This document shows positions 1 to 9,700 of a stretch of 64,000 nucleotides of DNA, in pieces. The notes under the pieces are model-generated. The model did not search any database. It was not told the origin of the DNA and saw nothing but the letters and a program-made list of their open reading frames with translations. The translations under genes and the position numbers were made by a program. Position 1 is the stretch's first letter. The number at the start of each line of letters is the position of its first letter. Location of the stretch: NCBI GenBank assembly GCA_041937175.2, contig CP166615.1, positions 1,536,001-1,600,000 of the forward strand. Reading direction: 5' to 3'. Origin of the DNA: Limnothrix sp. BL-A-16 (GTDB lineage Bacteria > Cyanobacteriota > Cyanobacteriia > CACIAM-69d).

Positions 1-663
1 CGTACCGCTGAACTGCGCAAGGAAAAGGAGCGATCGGAATTATTATTGCTGAATATTTTGCCCAGTCGGGTGGCCGATCAGCTCAAGGATTCCAACGAAT
101 CACCAGCGGAGCAATTTGAGGAAGCAACGATTCTGTTTGCCGATATTGTGGGCTTCACCACCCTGGCGGCGCAACTGGAGCCTTTGGAATTAATTAATTG
201 CTTAAACCAAGTTTTCTCCACCTTTGATCGGCTCGCAGAAAAGCACCATCTCGAAAAAATCAAGACGATCGGGGATGCCTACATGGTGGTGGGGGGCGTG
301 CCGGTTCCCCAGTCTAACCATGCGGAATCCGTGGCGGATATGGCCTTGGAAATGCGATCGAGCATGGCCCATGCACTGGGGCCCTTGGGTGAACGGTTGG
401 AAATCCGGATTGGCATCAACACGGGCCCTGTGATTGCCGGTGTGATTGGCACGAAAAAGTTCATCTACGATCTATGGGGCGATGCGGTTAATATTGCTTC
501 GCGGATGGAGTCCCATGGGGTTCCTGGCTCGATTCAAGTCACCGACTCTACCTATGAACGGCTGAAGGATCGCTATCACTTTGAAGAACGGGGTTCAATT
601 CACATCAAAGGTCGTGGTGAAATGAATACCTACTGGCTGCTGGACAAGCGATCGACCCTGTAG
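1..663 (+). CDS. Class III adenylate cyclase, C-terminal part (gene begins upstream of the window)
   Basis: Frame is open from base 1 (RTAELRKEKERSELLLLNILP). Motifs ILFADIVGFT, KIKTIGDAYM, RIGINTG, YDLWGDAVNIASRMES. Lys/Asp specificity residues point to ATP. Confidence 0.93.
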   Translation, partial: RTAELRKEKERSELLLLNILPSRVADQLKDSNESPAEQFEEATILFADIVGFTTLAAQLEPLELINCLNQVFSTFDRLAEKHHLEKIKTIGDAYMVVGGVPVPQSNHAESVADMALEMRSSMAHALGPLGERLEIRIGINTGPVIAGVIGTKKFIYDLWGDAVNIASRMESHGVPGSIQVTDSTYERLKDRYHFEERGSIHIKGRGEMNTYWLLDKRSTL

Positions 664-808
664 CCCTTCTTCAGCCCTTTGGGTTTAGCCTGTTTTGTTT
701 CTGGGGCAGTACTTTGGGGTTGGGTTTCGGATCTGATTTTTTGAGGTGCATTGCTGAAGTTTCGGACTGAGATTTTCCAGGTGGAAATTTTCCAGACCGG
801 AATTATTA

Positions 809-1122
809 GAGGCTGCTGGAAAAGTATTGCTCAGCAATTGCCCAGCTCCAATTGTTGTGGGAGCAAGGGGCTTAGGGCGTGTCGTCAAATCGCCTGAAAC
901 CCTGATTCCACCGTTGGCAGATCGTGAGGGACAAGGGGCTTAAACCCCTCGTTGGCAGATCGTGAGGGACAAGGGGCTTAAGCCCCTTGTTACAACAACT
1001 GGGACATAGAAAATCAATCGTTTTCACCTGATCCTAGGAAATGACGACACGCCCTAATCCTCTGGTTTCCGTCGATCGCTGGGGCAAGTTGGGGTATCAA
1101 TTTGGGCTTTTCAGACATCTTC
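809..1122. mobile_element. MITE family A copy, interrupted by a family B MITE
   Basis: Ends GAGGCTGCTGGAAAAG / CTTTTCAGACATCTTC, flanked by TTA at 806-808 and 1123-1125. Body matches the copy at 49509-49652. Confidence 0.8.
875..1054. mobile_element. MITE family B copy with an internal 38-bp tandem duplication
   Basis: Perfect 13-bp TIRs GGGCGTGTCGTCA (875-887) / TGACGACACGCCC (1042-1054), flanked by TA on both sides. Palindromes at 932-951 (imperfect) and 969-990. Confidence 0.85.
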
Positions 1123-1183
1123 TTAGATTGAGATTTCTCGTTTTAGGTTGAGATTCCTCGTTGAAGTTTTTGGGCTAAAGGCA

Positions 1184-2251
1184 ATGACCGATCGTTTAGG
1201 ACTGGCGGTATTTGGGGCGGGTCGGTGGGGAACGCATCTGATTCGAAATTTTTTGGAGCACCCCCGATCGCACCTGAAGGCCGTGGTGGAAACCAATCCA
1301 GACCTGCTAGCCGCCGTGGGCGATCGATTTGCCAGCTATCCCGGTTGGGCCGGGGTGCAGCGGGTCAGCGACAGCCGATCAATCTGGAGCAATCCGGACA
1401 TTGGGGCCGTGGTGATTGCCACGCCGGCCGCCAGCCATTTTGAACTGGTGCGATCGGCGCTGTTGGCGGGCAAGCATGTGCTGGTGGAAAAGCCCCTAAC
1501 CCTGGATGTGGCTGAGTGCGAGGATTTGTGTACCCTGGCGCAACGGGTCGATCGCCGGCTGATGGTTGACCATACCTATCTTTTTCATCCGGCAGTGGAA
1601 GCGGGGGCCAAGGCTCTGCGATCGGGCGCGATCGGCAATCGGCGCTACGGCTATGCGGCTCGCACCCATTTGGGCCCCGTGCGCCAGGATGTGGATGTGT
1701 TGTGGGACTTGGCCATTCACGACATTGCCATCTTTAACCATTGGCTGCAGTCAACCCCGATCGCCCTGCAAGCCAAGGGGCAAACCTGGTTACAACGGGG
1801 GCGCGGAACTGGGCTGGAGGTGACCGATCGCCCCAGTCCTGCGGCGGGCTTGGCGGATTTGGTTTGGCTTACCCTTTACTATCCTGAGCAGTTCACCGCC
1901 ACGATTCACCTGGCTTGGCACAATCCCGATCGGGCCCGGCGTTTGGCCCTGGTCGGAACCGAAGGAACGTTGGTTTTTGATGAAATGAACGCCCGATCGC
2001 CCCTCACCCTGTGGGCGGGATCCTTGGAACAATCTGGCAGCCATTGGCTTCCTTGCAACCAATCGGAGCAGTCGATCGAGTTAGCGAGCGGTGAACCCCT
2101 GGGGCAGGTTTGCGATCAATTCCTGGCCGGCGTTTTGGACGGCGCACCGCTCGATCGCTCCGATGGTTCCGTCGGCACGGCCCTGGTGCGGTTGTTGGCG
2201 GCTGCTTCGCGATCGTTAGCCCGCCAAGGGGAACTGGTTTGGGTTCCTTAG
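1184..2251 (+). CDS. Gfo/Idh/MocA family oxidoreductase
   Basis: GAGRWG Rossmann motif, IATPAASH, KHVLVEKP, DLAIHD. ATG at 1184 preferred over TTG at 1148. Confidence 0.9.
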   Translation: MTDRLGLAVFGAGRWGTHLIRNFLEHPRSHLKAVVETNPDLLAAVGDRFASYPGWAGVQRVSDSRSIWSNPDIGAVVIATPAASHFELVRSALLAGKHVLVEKPLTLDVAECEDLCTLAQRVDRRLMVDHTYLFHPAVEAGAKALRSGAIGNRRYGYAARTHLGPVRQDVDVLWDLAIHDIAIFNHWLQSTPIALQAKGQTWLQRGRGTGLEVTDRPSPAAGLADLVWLTLYYPEQFTATIHLAWHNPDRARRLALVGTEGTLVFDEMNARSPLTLWAGSLEQSGSHWLPCNQSEQSIELASGEPLGQVCDQFLAGVLDGAPLDRSDGSVGTALVRLLAAASRSLARQGELVWVP

Positions 2252-2449
2252 AAAGGCGATCCAAGGCTCACGATCGCAACAATACTCCCAACAGTGATCC
2301 CAACGCTGGCGGCGGGTTCTGATCACCGGCTGCCGGCCCCCGAGTCAAGGGGCAACTTGCGCAAATTCGCATTGCCCGTTTGGCCCTTCGGTGGGACACT
2401 GAGACTCGATCGAATTTCAGGACGACTTTTAGGACGACCCACGGCGATC

Positions 2450-3748
2450 ATGCGAATTCTGTTCTTGCATCCCAACTTCCCCGCACAGTTTCGCCACGTC
2501 GCGGCGGCCCTCGGGCGTGACCCCGAAAACCAAGTGGTTTTTGGCACGAAAAACGAAAACCCTGAGTGGCAAATTGCCGGCGTTCAAAAAGTATTGTTCA
2601 AACCCAGCCGCGACCCCGCCCCTGGAACCCATCACTACATCCGCCCCTTCGAGGCCGCCGTGCTTCAGGGGCAATCCATGTTCCGGGTGGCCGAAGCGCT
2701 GAAATCCAATGGGTTTGTGCCCGACGTGGTTTATGGCCACTCCGGCTGGGGATCCACCCTGTTCATGAAAGATGCCTTCCCGGACACCAAGCTCTTGGGC
2801 TATTTCGAGTGGTTTTATAAATCTAAGGGAGCCGATGCGGACTTTGATCCGGCGGAACCCCTGTCCGTGGACGATCAGGCCCGGATTCGGATTAAAAATG
2901 CGTCGATTTTGCAGGATCTCTACACCTGCGATCGGGGAATTTGCCCCACGGCCTGGCAGCGATCGCAATTTCCTGCCGAATACCAATCCAAGCTGCATGT
3001 GCTGCACGACGGCGTAGACACCGATTTCTTTGTGCCCGAGCCGAACGCCAAGCTCGTGCTGCCGAATTTGGACTTGTCCCATGTGGATGAAATCGTTACC
3101 TACGTGGGTCGGGGTATGGAACCCTATCGCGGTTTCCCCGAATTCATGGAATCGTTGGTTTATTTGCAAGAAAAGCGCCCCAACTGCCATGTGGTGATTG
3201 TGGGGAGTGATCGGGTTTGCTATGGCCGCGCCCTGCCCGACGGCAAAACCTACAAGCAACTGATGCTGGAACGGTTGCCCCTGGATCTGTCGCGGATCCA
3301 CTTTGTTGGTTCCTTGCCCTATGGCCTGTACCTGAAGGTGCTGCAAGCCTCGAAGGCTCACATTTATCTCACGCGGCCCTTTGTGCTCTCCTGGTCGATG
3401 ATTGAATCCATGTCGGCCGGTTGCTTGGTGGTGGGTTCGGCCACCGCGCCCGTGCAGGAAGTGATTCGCGACGGGGAAAACGGCCTGTTAGCGGATTTCT
3501 TCTCGCCCAAGCAAATTGCCGATCGGGTGTCGGAAGTGCTGGATCACCCCACCCAAATGGCCCACATTCGCCAAGCGGCCCGCAACACCGTTCTGGAGCG
3601 CTATTCACACCAAGCGCTCCTTTGGCGACATGTGCAGTTCCTGAAGGATTTTGCGGCTGATCGCCTGCCGCCGATTCAATATCCCCCCGCCAGCACCTTG
3701 GTGGATTACTACAACGAACCCAGTCGCGAGCCGGCCACAGTGGTCTAG
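2450..3748 (+). CDS. Glycosyltransferase family 4 (GT-B)
   Basis: Typical start MRILFLHPNFPAQF; GHSGWG, RGMEPYRGFPEF, PFVLSWSMIESMSAG. Confidence 0.92.
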   Translation: MRILFLHPNFPAQFRHVAAALGRDPENQVVFGTKNENPEWQIAGVQKVLFKPSRDPAPGTHHYIRPFEAAVLQGQSMFRVAEALKSNGFVPDVVYGHSGWGSTLFMKDAFPDTKLLGYFEWFYKSKGADADFDPAEPLSVDDQARIRIKNASILQDLYTCDRGICPTAWQRSQFPAEYQSKLHVLHDGVDTDFFVPEPNAKLVLPNLDLSHVDEIVTYVGRGMEPYRGFPEFMESLVYLQEKRPNCHVVIVGSDRVCYGRALPDGKTYKQLMLERLPLDLSRIHFVGSLPYGLYLKVLQASKAHIYLTRPFVLSWSMIESMSAGCLVVGSATAPVQEVIRDGENGLLADFFSPKQIADRVSEVLDHPTQMAHIRQAARNTVLERYSHQALLWRHVQFLKDFAADRLPPIQYPPASTLVDYYNEPSREPATVV

Positions 3749-3891
3749 GGATCTGCAACCCCTGCCAGCCGGTCTGAGCAATGGAGGGCCCAAGCGGGCG
3801 GGGGTTGATCAACGGTCGTGATTCTGGCCAATTTTTCCCCTCCAATTTGCGCGTTTTGCCAACTTCGCCTCCCTCTGCCCTGGATTTTGTC

Positions 3892-6642
3892 ATGGATGAT
3901 GCTGCTGTTTCTCAGGCCCTTACGCGGGCGATCCAACTGCTGCGATCGGGTCAGCTCGAACAATCGGGCCTGATTTACAAGAAAATCCTGGAGCACCATC
4001 CCAACCACCCGGAGGCGCTGCACTGGTTCGGGGCGATCGCCTATCAAATGGGCGAAATGGCGATCGCGGTGGAATATGTGGAAAAAGCCCTCACCCTCAC
4101 TCCCAACGATCCGGCGGTGTTGAACACCTCGGGGCTGATTTGCCACGCGATCGGCAGTTGGGATCAGGCGCTTCAGTATTACACCAAGGCCCAAAAGATC
4201 AAGCCCGACAGTCCGGAGGTGTTGGATAACCTGCGGGTCTTGGTGGCGGATCTGTTGCCGGCCTACAGCCAATATGCCCAGTGGCATTACTTGGCGGGTA
4301 GTTTCGATCGCGTGGCCGAAATTGAGCTGGTGTCGGGCAACCTGCTGCTGGAGATTGGTGACCTGGCCGGCGCTGAACAACACTATCGTCGGGGGTTGGC
4401 CGTGCGCCCAACCCTCTGGGGCATCGAAGCGCCCGCCGCCGTGATTCAGGCCGATCGCGCCGGCCAGCCCGTTCCCCCCAAAGCCAGCCAAACCACCTGC
4501 GACTTGGGACGCGAAGCCGACCTGCGCACCATGGCGAGCGCGGTTCCCTTTGCCCAGTTGTTGGAGCGGTTGGGGGCGTTACTGTTCGATCGGGGTGAAT
4601 TGGACGCGGCCCATGAGTTGGTAACCGAAGCCCTCGCAATCCAAAATGCCTTCCCGGAAGCCCATAAACTGCTGGGCAACATCATGCTCGGCCGCGGCAA
4701 CTACCAAGAAGCCGCCAACGCTTACCAAACCGCTGTGCAGTTGAACCCCAACTACGCGGAAGCTTGGTCAAACCTGGGCAGCATTCTGCTGGGCAAGCGG
4801 CAAACGGACGAGGCAATCCAATGCTTTCAGCGAGCCATTCAGGCCAATCCCCAAATGGCCCAAGCCTACTGGAGCATGGGTTGCACCTTTGAAGTGGCCG
4901 ACAAAAAGGAAGAGGCCATTCAGTGCTGGCAACAGGCCTTGGCGGTGGATCCGAAAGTGCAAGGGATTCAGGGCTACATCCGAATTGCCCAAACCCTGGT
5001 TGGCATGGGCAAGCGCCCGGAAGGGTTTGAGTGGTATGAGCGGGCGATCCACTTCGATCGCAAGCACCTGGATGCCCATTGGGACTTGATGGAACATCTA
5101 TTGTTCTGGGGATATTTGCCCCAGGCCCGCCAAGTGGCCGATCGCTGCTGGCGCACCTTCAACGAGCCAGGCAGCAGCCCCCGGGAGCGCGTCCTTGCGG
5201 GCATCATCTCGACCAAAGCCTTTTGTTTTATAGGATTGGGCCAGGTGGCCCGTCAGCGGTTCCTGGAAATCGAAGGCGAGTTTGTGCAGGTCATTGACCA
5301 GCTCTCTCCCTTCGACATCACGAAGCTCTATGGGAACGTGCTGTTTGATATGCCCCACTTGCGCGACGATGTAGCGGCCAACACTCGGGTGGCCAATGCC
5401 CTGGCGGAGGCCTATCGCAAGCTGGTGGAAAATGCCTTTAAGGATCACCAGGCCGCCAGCAGCCCCCTGTATGCCATGCCCACGGCCCGATCGCCCCGCA
5501 CGTCCGATCGGCTGCGGATTGGGTTCATGTCTCGCCACTATCGCCGCCATTCCGTGGGGTGGTGCAGTGGCGAAATCCTCACCGCCCTCAAGGAGCATAC
5601 GCCGCACCTGTTCCTTTATGTCACTGGCGACATGCCCAAGGACGATCGAACCAAGGTGTTTGAAGGCTTGGCCGAAAAGTTCTACATGCCCGGTGAAGAA
5701 GGATTCCCCGATGCCAACGCCCCCACCATCATTCGCCGGGCCCGGGAAGACAACCTCGATATCTTGTTTGACCTCGATTCGATCACGATCCTGCCCCACG
5801 CGGAAGTGCTCTATCACCGGCCCGCGCCCGTTTGCCTGACCTGGTTGGGCTACGATGCGCCCCACATTTGCCCCGATAACTACAACCTGGTGGACTGGAA
5901 CACCCATCCGGCCGGCGTTGAGCACTATTACATCGAAAAGCTCGTGCGGATGTCGGGTTCCTTTGCGGCTCTGTCCTATCTGCCCACTGTGCCGACCGAT
6001 CGGGCCAAACAGCGCCAAGCGTTCCGGATTGACCCCAACCAAACCATCTTCCTCAGCGTGCCCACGGGTCAAAAGGTCAGCATGGAAATGCTGCAAGCCC
6101 AAGTCCATGTGCTGCGCTATGTGCCCGATAGCATTTTGTTCTTCAAATCGCGGATTGGGGATTTGGAACTGATGCTGAGTCTCTATCACGAGGAATGCCG
6201 CCGCCAGGGCGTGAACCCCAATCGGGTGCGGCTGTTGCCCCGCACCGCCAGCGAGGAAGAACACCGGGCCGTCTATCAAATCACCGATGTGTTGCTGGAT
6301 TCCTATCCCTACAGCGGCGCAACCCACAACCTGGAAGCCCTTTACTTCAACCAACCGATCGTGACCAGGGTGGGCGAGCAGTCCTTCTCTCGCCTGGGCT
6401 ATTCCCTGATGCGGGCGGCGGGCCTTGACCGCGAGGGCATGGCCTGGACTTGGGATGAATATATTGAGTGGGGCGTGCGCTTAGGGCGCGATCGGGAGTT
6501 GTGCAGTGCGGTGCGCCACAAGCTGCAACAGGCCAAGAATCCGGCGAATCCCGCCCCGCTTTGGAACCCCAAGGGTTTTGCGGCGGAAATGTACGGAATT
6601 TTGCAAGATTTACGTAGCAAGGCAGAATTTAGCCAAGTTTAG
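3892..6642 (+). CDS. TPR-repeat O-GlcNAc transferase / SPINDLY-like (GT41) protein
   Basis: Multiple TPRs followed by LRIGFMSRHYRRHSVG, APVCLTWLGY, DVLLDSYPYSGAT, EALYFNQPIVT. ATG at 3892 is likelier than 3781. Confidence 0.88.
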   Translation: MDDAAVSQALTRAIQLLRSGQLEQSGLIYKKILEHHPNHPEALHWFGAIAYQMGEMAIAVEYVEKALTLTPNDPAVLNTSGLICHAIGSWDQALQYYTKAQKIKPDSPEVLDNLRVLVADLLPAYSQYAQWHYLAGSFDRVAEIELVSGNLLLEIGDLAGAEQHYRRGLAVRPTLWGIEAPAAVIQADRAGQPVPPKASQTTCDLGREADLRTMASAVPFAQLLERLGALLFDRGELDAAHELVTEALAIQNAFPEAHKLLGNIMLGRGNYQEAANAYQTAVQLNPNYAEAWSNLGSILLGKRQTDEAIQCFQRAIQANPQMAQAYWSMGCTFEVADKKEEAIQCWQQALAVDPKVQGIQGYIRIAQTLVGMGKRPEGFEWYERAIHFDRKHLDAHWDLMEHLLFWGYLPQARQVADRCWRTFNEPGSSPRERVLAGIISTKAFCFIGLGQVARQRFLEIEGEFVQVIDQLSPFDITKLYGNVLFDMPHLRDDVAANTRVANALAEAYRKLVENAFKDHQAASSPLYAMPTARSPRTSDRLRIGFMSRHYRRHSVGWCSGEILTALKEHTPHLFLYVTGDMPKDDRTKVFEGLAEKFYMPGEEGFPDANAPTIIRRAREDNLDILFDLDSITILPHAEVLYHRPAPVCLTWLGYDAPHICPDNYNLVDWNTHPAGVEHYYIEKLVRMSGSFAALSYLPTVPTDRAKQRQAFRIDPNQTIFLSVPTGQKVSMEMLQAQVHVLRYVPDSILFFKSRIGDLELMLSLYHEECRRQGVNPNRVRLLPRTASEEEHRAVYQITDVLLDSYPYSGATHNLEALYFNQPIVTRVGEQSFSRLGYSLMRAAGLDREGMAWTWDEYIEWGVRLGRDRELCSAVRHKLQQAKNPANPAPLWNPKGFAAEMYGILQDLRSKAEFSQV

Positions 6643-6728
6643 GGGGCATTTTGCGGCTTTTTTGCTCCTCTGCTCGCTTGCTGTTCTGAGTTCTGGCCAT
6701 GCAACAGGCGCATTATTCAAAGGGCGTA

Positions 6729-9700
6729 TTATTCAAAGGGCGCATTCAGGCAGCGGCTAACCAGTTGATGGATTTTGTCAAAGGCAAAATCGTAAATCAG
6801 TTGTCCCAAATAATCAGACAACGGGGCCTGCTCCTTGGGAATGGTCTGGAGTAATGCGCGCATGGAATCTTCAGCGCAAAGGGCCGCGGCATGTTGTAAC
6901 TGCATGAGCCAATCACGGGGCATTTTGGCCAGGAATTCTTGGACTTGTTGATGATGTCGAAGGCCCGAGAGTGCGTCAGCACGATCGCCCAATTGCTCGG
7001 GGAAAAAATTCATGAAATGGTCGGAAAAGTGATCCAGCCGTTGATTCAGCAGTTGATTCCATGGATCTGGCGTATCTAATGGATCTAGAGGCTCTTGACT
7101 ATCCAAAGCGCCATTGAAGGGCGCAACAAATTCCGGTGAGTGATTCGGTATTGTCAATAAAAAATCAGATTGATCCCTGGGAACGTGATCCAGCGGATCC
7201 GAGGATTGATCGGCTTTTTGACAGTAATAGTCCAGTTTTTGGATCAGGATTTGATCGGAAATCGGCTTGCTTAAATAGTCATCACAGCCAACTGCGATCG
7301 CCTGATCTCGATCTTCCACCAATGCCTGGGCCGTGATCGCCAAAATTACCGTTGATCGCGAAGGCTCCAACGCCCGAATTTGTTGAGTTGCCTGATAACC
7401 ATCGCAACCGGGCATTCTTAAATCCATCAAAATTAAATGCGGATGCCAATCTTGCCACCGCTGCACCGCATCAGCCCCGTCCATGGCTTCCTGCACCGCA
7501 AACCCCAATTGACTCAACAATTGCACTAATAACAGGCGATTATCTGGGCGATCGTCCACAATCAAAATGCGATAGTGCGATCGAATGGCTGCCAAACCGA
7601 TCGTTGGTGATTCTGCTGGGCGATCGCTCGCTAGAGAATCAGCCACAGCCCCCGATTCCCGGTGATTCAGCCTTGACTGAGACAACATTTTAGAATCCAG
7701 ACGATCGCCCCAGAAGGACGCGGGCGATCGAGCTAATTCAGCAATCATCGTTTGGTTTTGAGGTGGCCCCCAAGGCTGATGTTCAGACTTTTTCCCAGGC
7801 GATCGACCGGTACGCAGCGGCAGGGTAAACATAAATGTGCTCCCCAAGCCAACGGCACTTTCCACCGTCAACACTCCACCCATCAACTGCACCAACTGTT
7901 GGCTAATTGTTAAGCCTAAACCAGTGCCTTCCGAGCTTTTTTTGCCGGCTGCCGATTGGGAAAAAGCATCAAAAATCGCTTTTAAATCTTCAGATTCAAT
8001 ACCGGCTCCCGTATCAATCACTTGAAACTGAAGATAGTCATGATTACAAAACTGCCCTTTATAGGTCTCGTTTTGGCCTGGCTGAAATGTTGTAGCCTTG
8101 AAATCTGGATTCTCGGTCAATATTGGATCGCAAGCACCGGAATTAACCGGTGATCGTCCCCCTGCCAGAGATGGGTAGGGATAGACCTGAAATGTATTAA
8201 CAATTAGGGTTGAAATTAAATCAACTCGAATGGCGATCGATCCTTGGGCAGTGAACTTAATCGCATTACCAACCAAGTTGAACAGAATTTGCTTCAGTTT
8301 TTTGGAATCTAAAACAATATATCGAGGAACTCTGTCGCCAATTTCCAAAATAAGTTGATTTTCTCGCTTAAGAGCCTGTTGTTGAAAAGTAATTTGCAGG
8401 GAATAGAGAATTTCATAAAGATCTACTTCTTCTTCGTCAAGGGTAAATTGACCTGCTTCAATTTTAGAAAGATCCAAAATATCATTAATTAGCATTAATA
8501 AATGAGTACCACTATTCTGAATTAAATTCATATATTCGCGATGACTTTCTGATAAATGAATGTCGCGGTTAATGAGCTGCGAAAATCCCAAGATAATATT
8601 TAACGGTGTTCTGAGTTCATGGCTCATATTGGCCAAAAATAGACTTTTTGCTCGATTAGCGGCCTCAGCCTTATCCTTCGCTTCCTGAAGTTGCAGTTCG
8701 GCCAGCTTGCGATCGGTAATGTCACGAGCTGCCGCATAAATCACCGAGTTAACCGGCACAGAGCGCCATTCAATCCAACGATAGGAACCGTCTTTGCAAC
8801 GGTAGCGGTTCACAAATCCATGAAGTTCATTTTGATTAACCAGTTCATTCAAAGCCAGCATGGTTTCTTCAACATCCTCTGGATGAACATAGTCCATAAA
8901 CCGTGATCCCTCTAATTCTTCTAAGGGATAGCCCAGAATTTTAGACCACTGTAAATTCAAGCGCTGAAAGCGCCCGTTCACATCCGCAATACACAATAAA
9001 TCTAGTGCCACAGAAAAGAATTGATCGAGTTCTTCCGTTGTTTTAGCCAAGGCGTTGGCGATCGCCTTTTGATCTGTAATATCTTGAACAACCCCATGCC
9101 AAACAATTTCCTGATTCCCACGCAGCTCTGGGCGTGAATTGGCTTGCAACCACTTCACCTTACCGGAAGGTGTAATAATTCGCCATTCATGGCGGAAGTT
9201 CTGTAAATTTTGGCTTGACCATTCCACAGCCTGGATATAGCTTTCTTGATCATCTGGGTGAATTTGATTGAAAGTAATCATTGGATTTTGGATTGCTGCA
9301 CTGAGAGGAACTTCATGAATTTCCTCAAAAGCAGCGCTGAGATATTCATACTCCACCGGTTTTCCCGGTTCTTCCACCACGGAATAGATCACTACAGGAG
9401 ACACACTGGAAAGCCGCACTAGCCGACTTTCACTTTCACTTAAAGCATCTTGGGCAATCTTGCGATCGGTAATATCAATTGCAACGCCATACCAAGCAAT
9501 TTCACCGTTTTCTCGCCGTTTTGGGCTGGCACTTCCCTGCAACCACTTCACTTTCCCCGATGGATTGATGACTCGCCATTCATGTTCAAAGGGTCGCAAA
9601 CCTTCAATGCTACGTTCAACGGCTTGGTAATAGGCTTCTTGGTCATCGGGGTGAATGCGATCGAGCAAAGTATTGGCATCTTGTAAAAGAGTTGATACAG

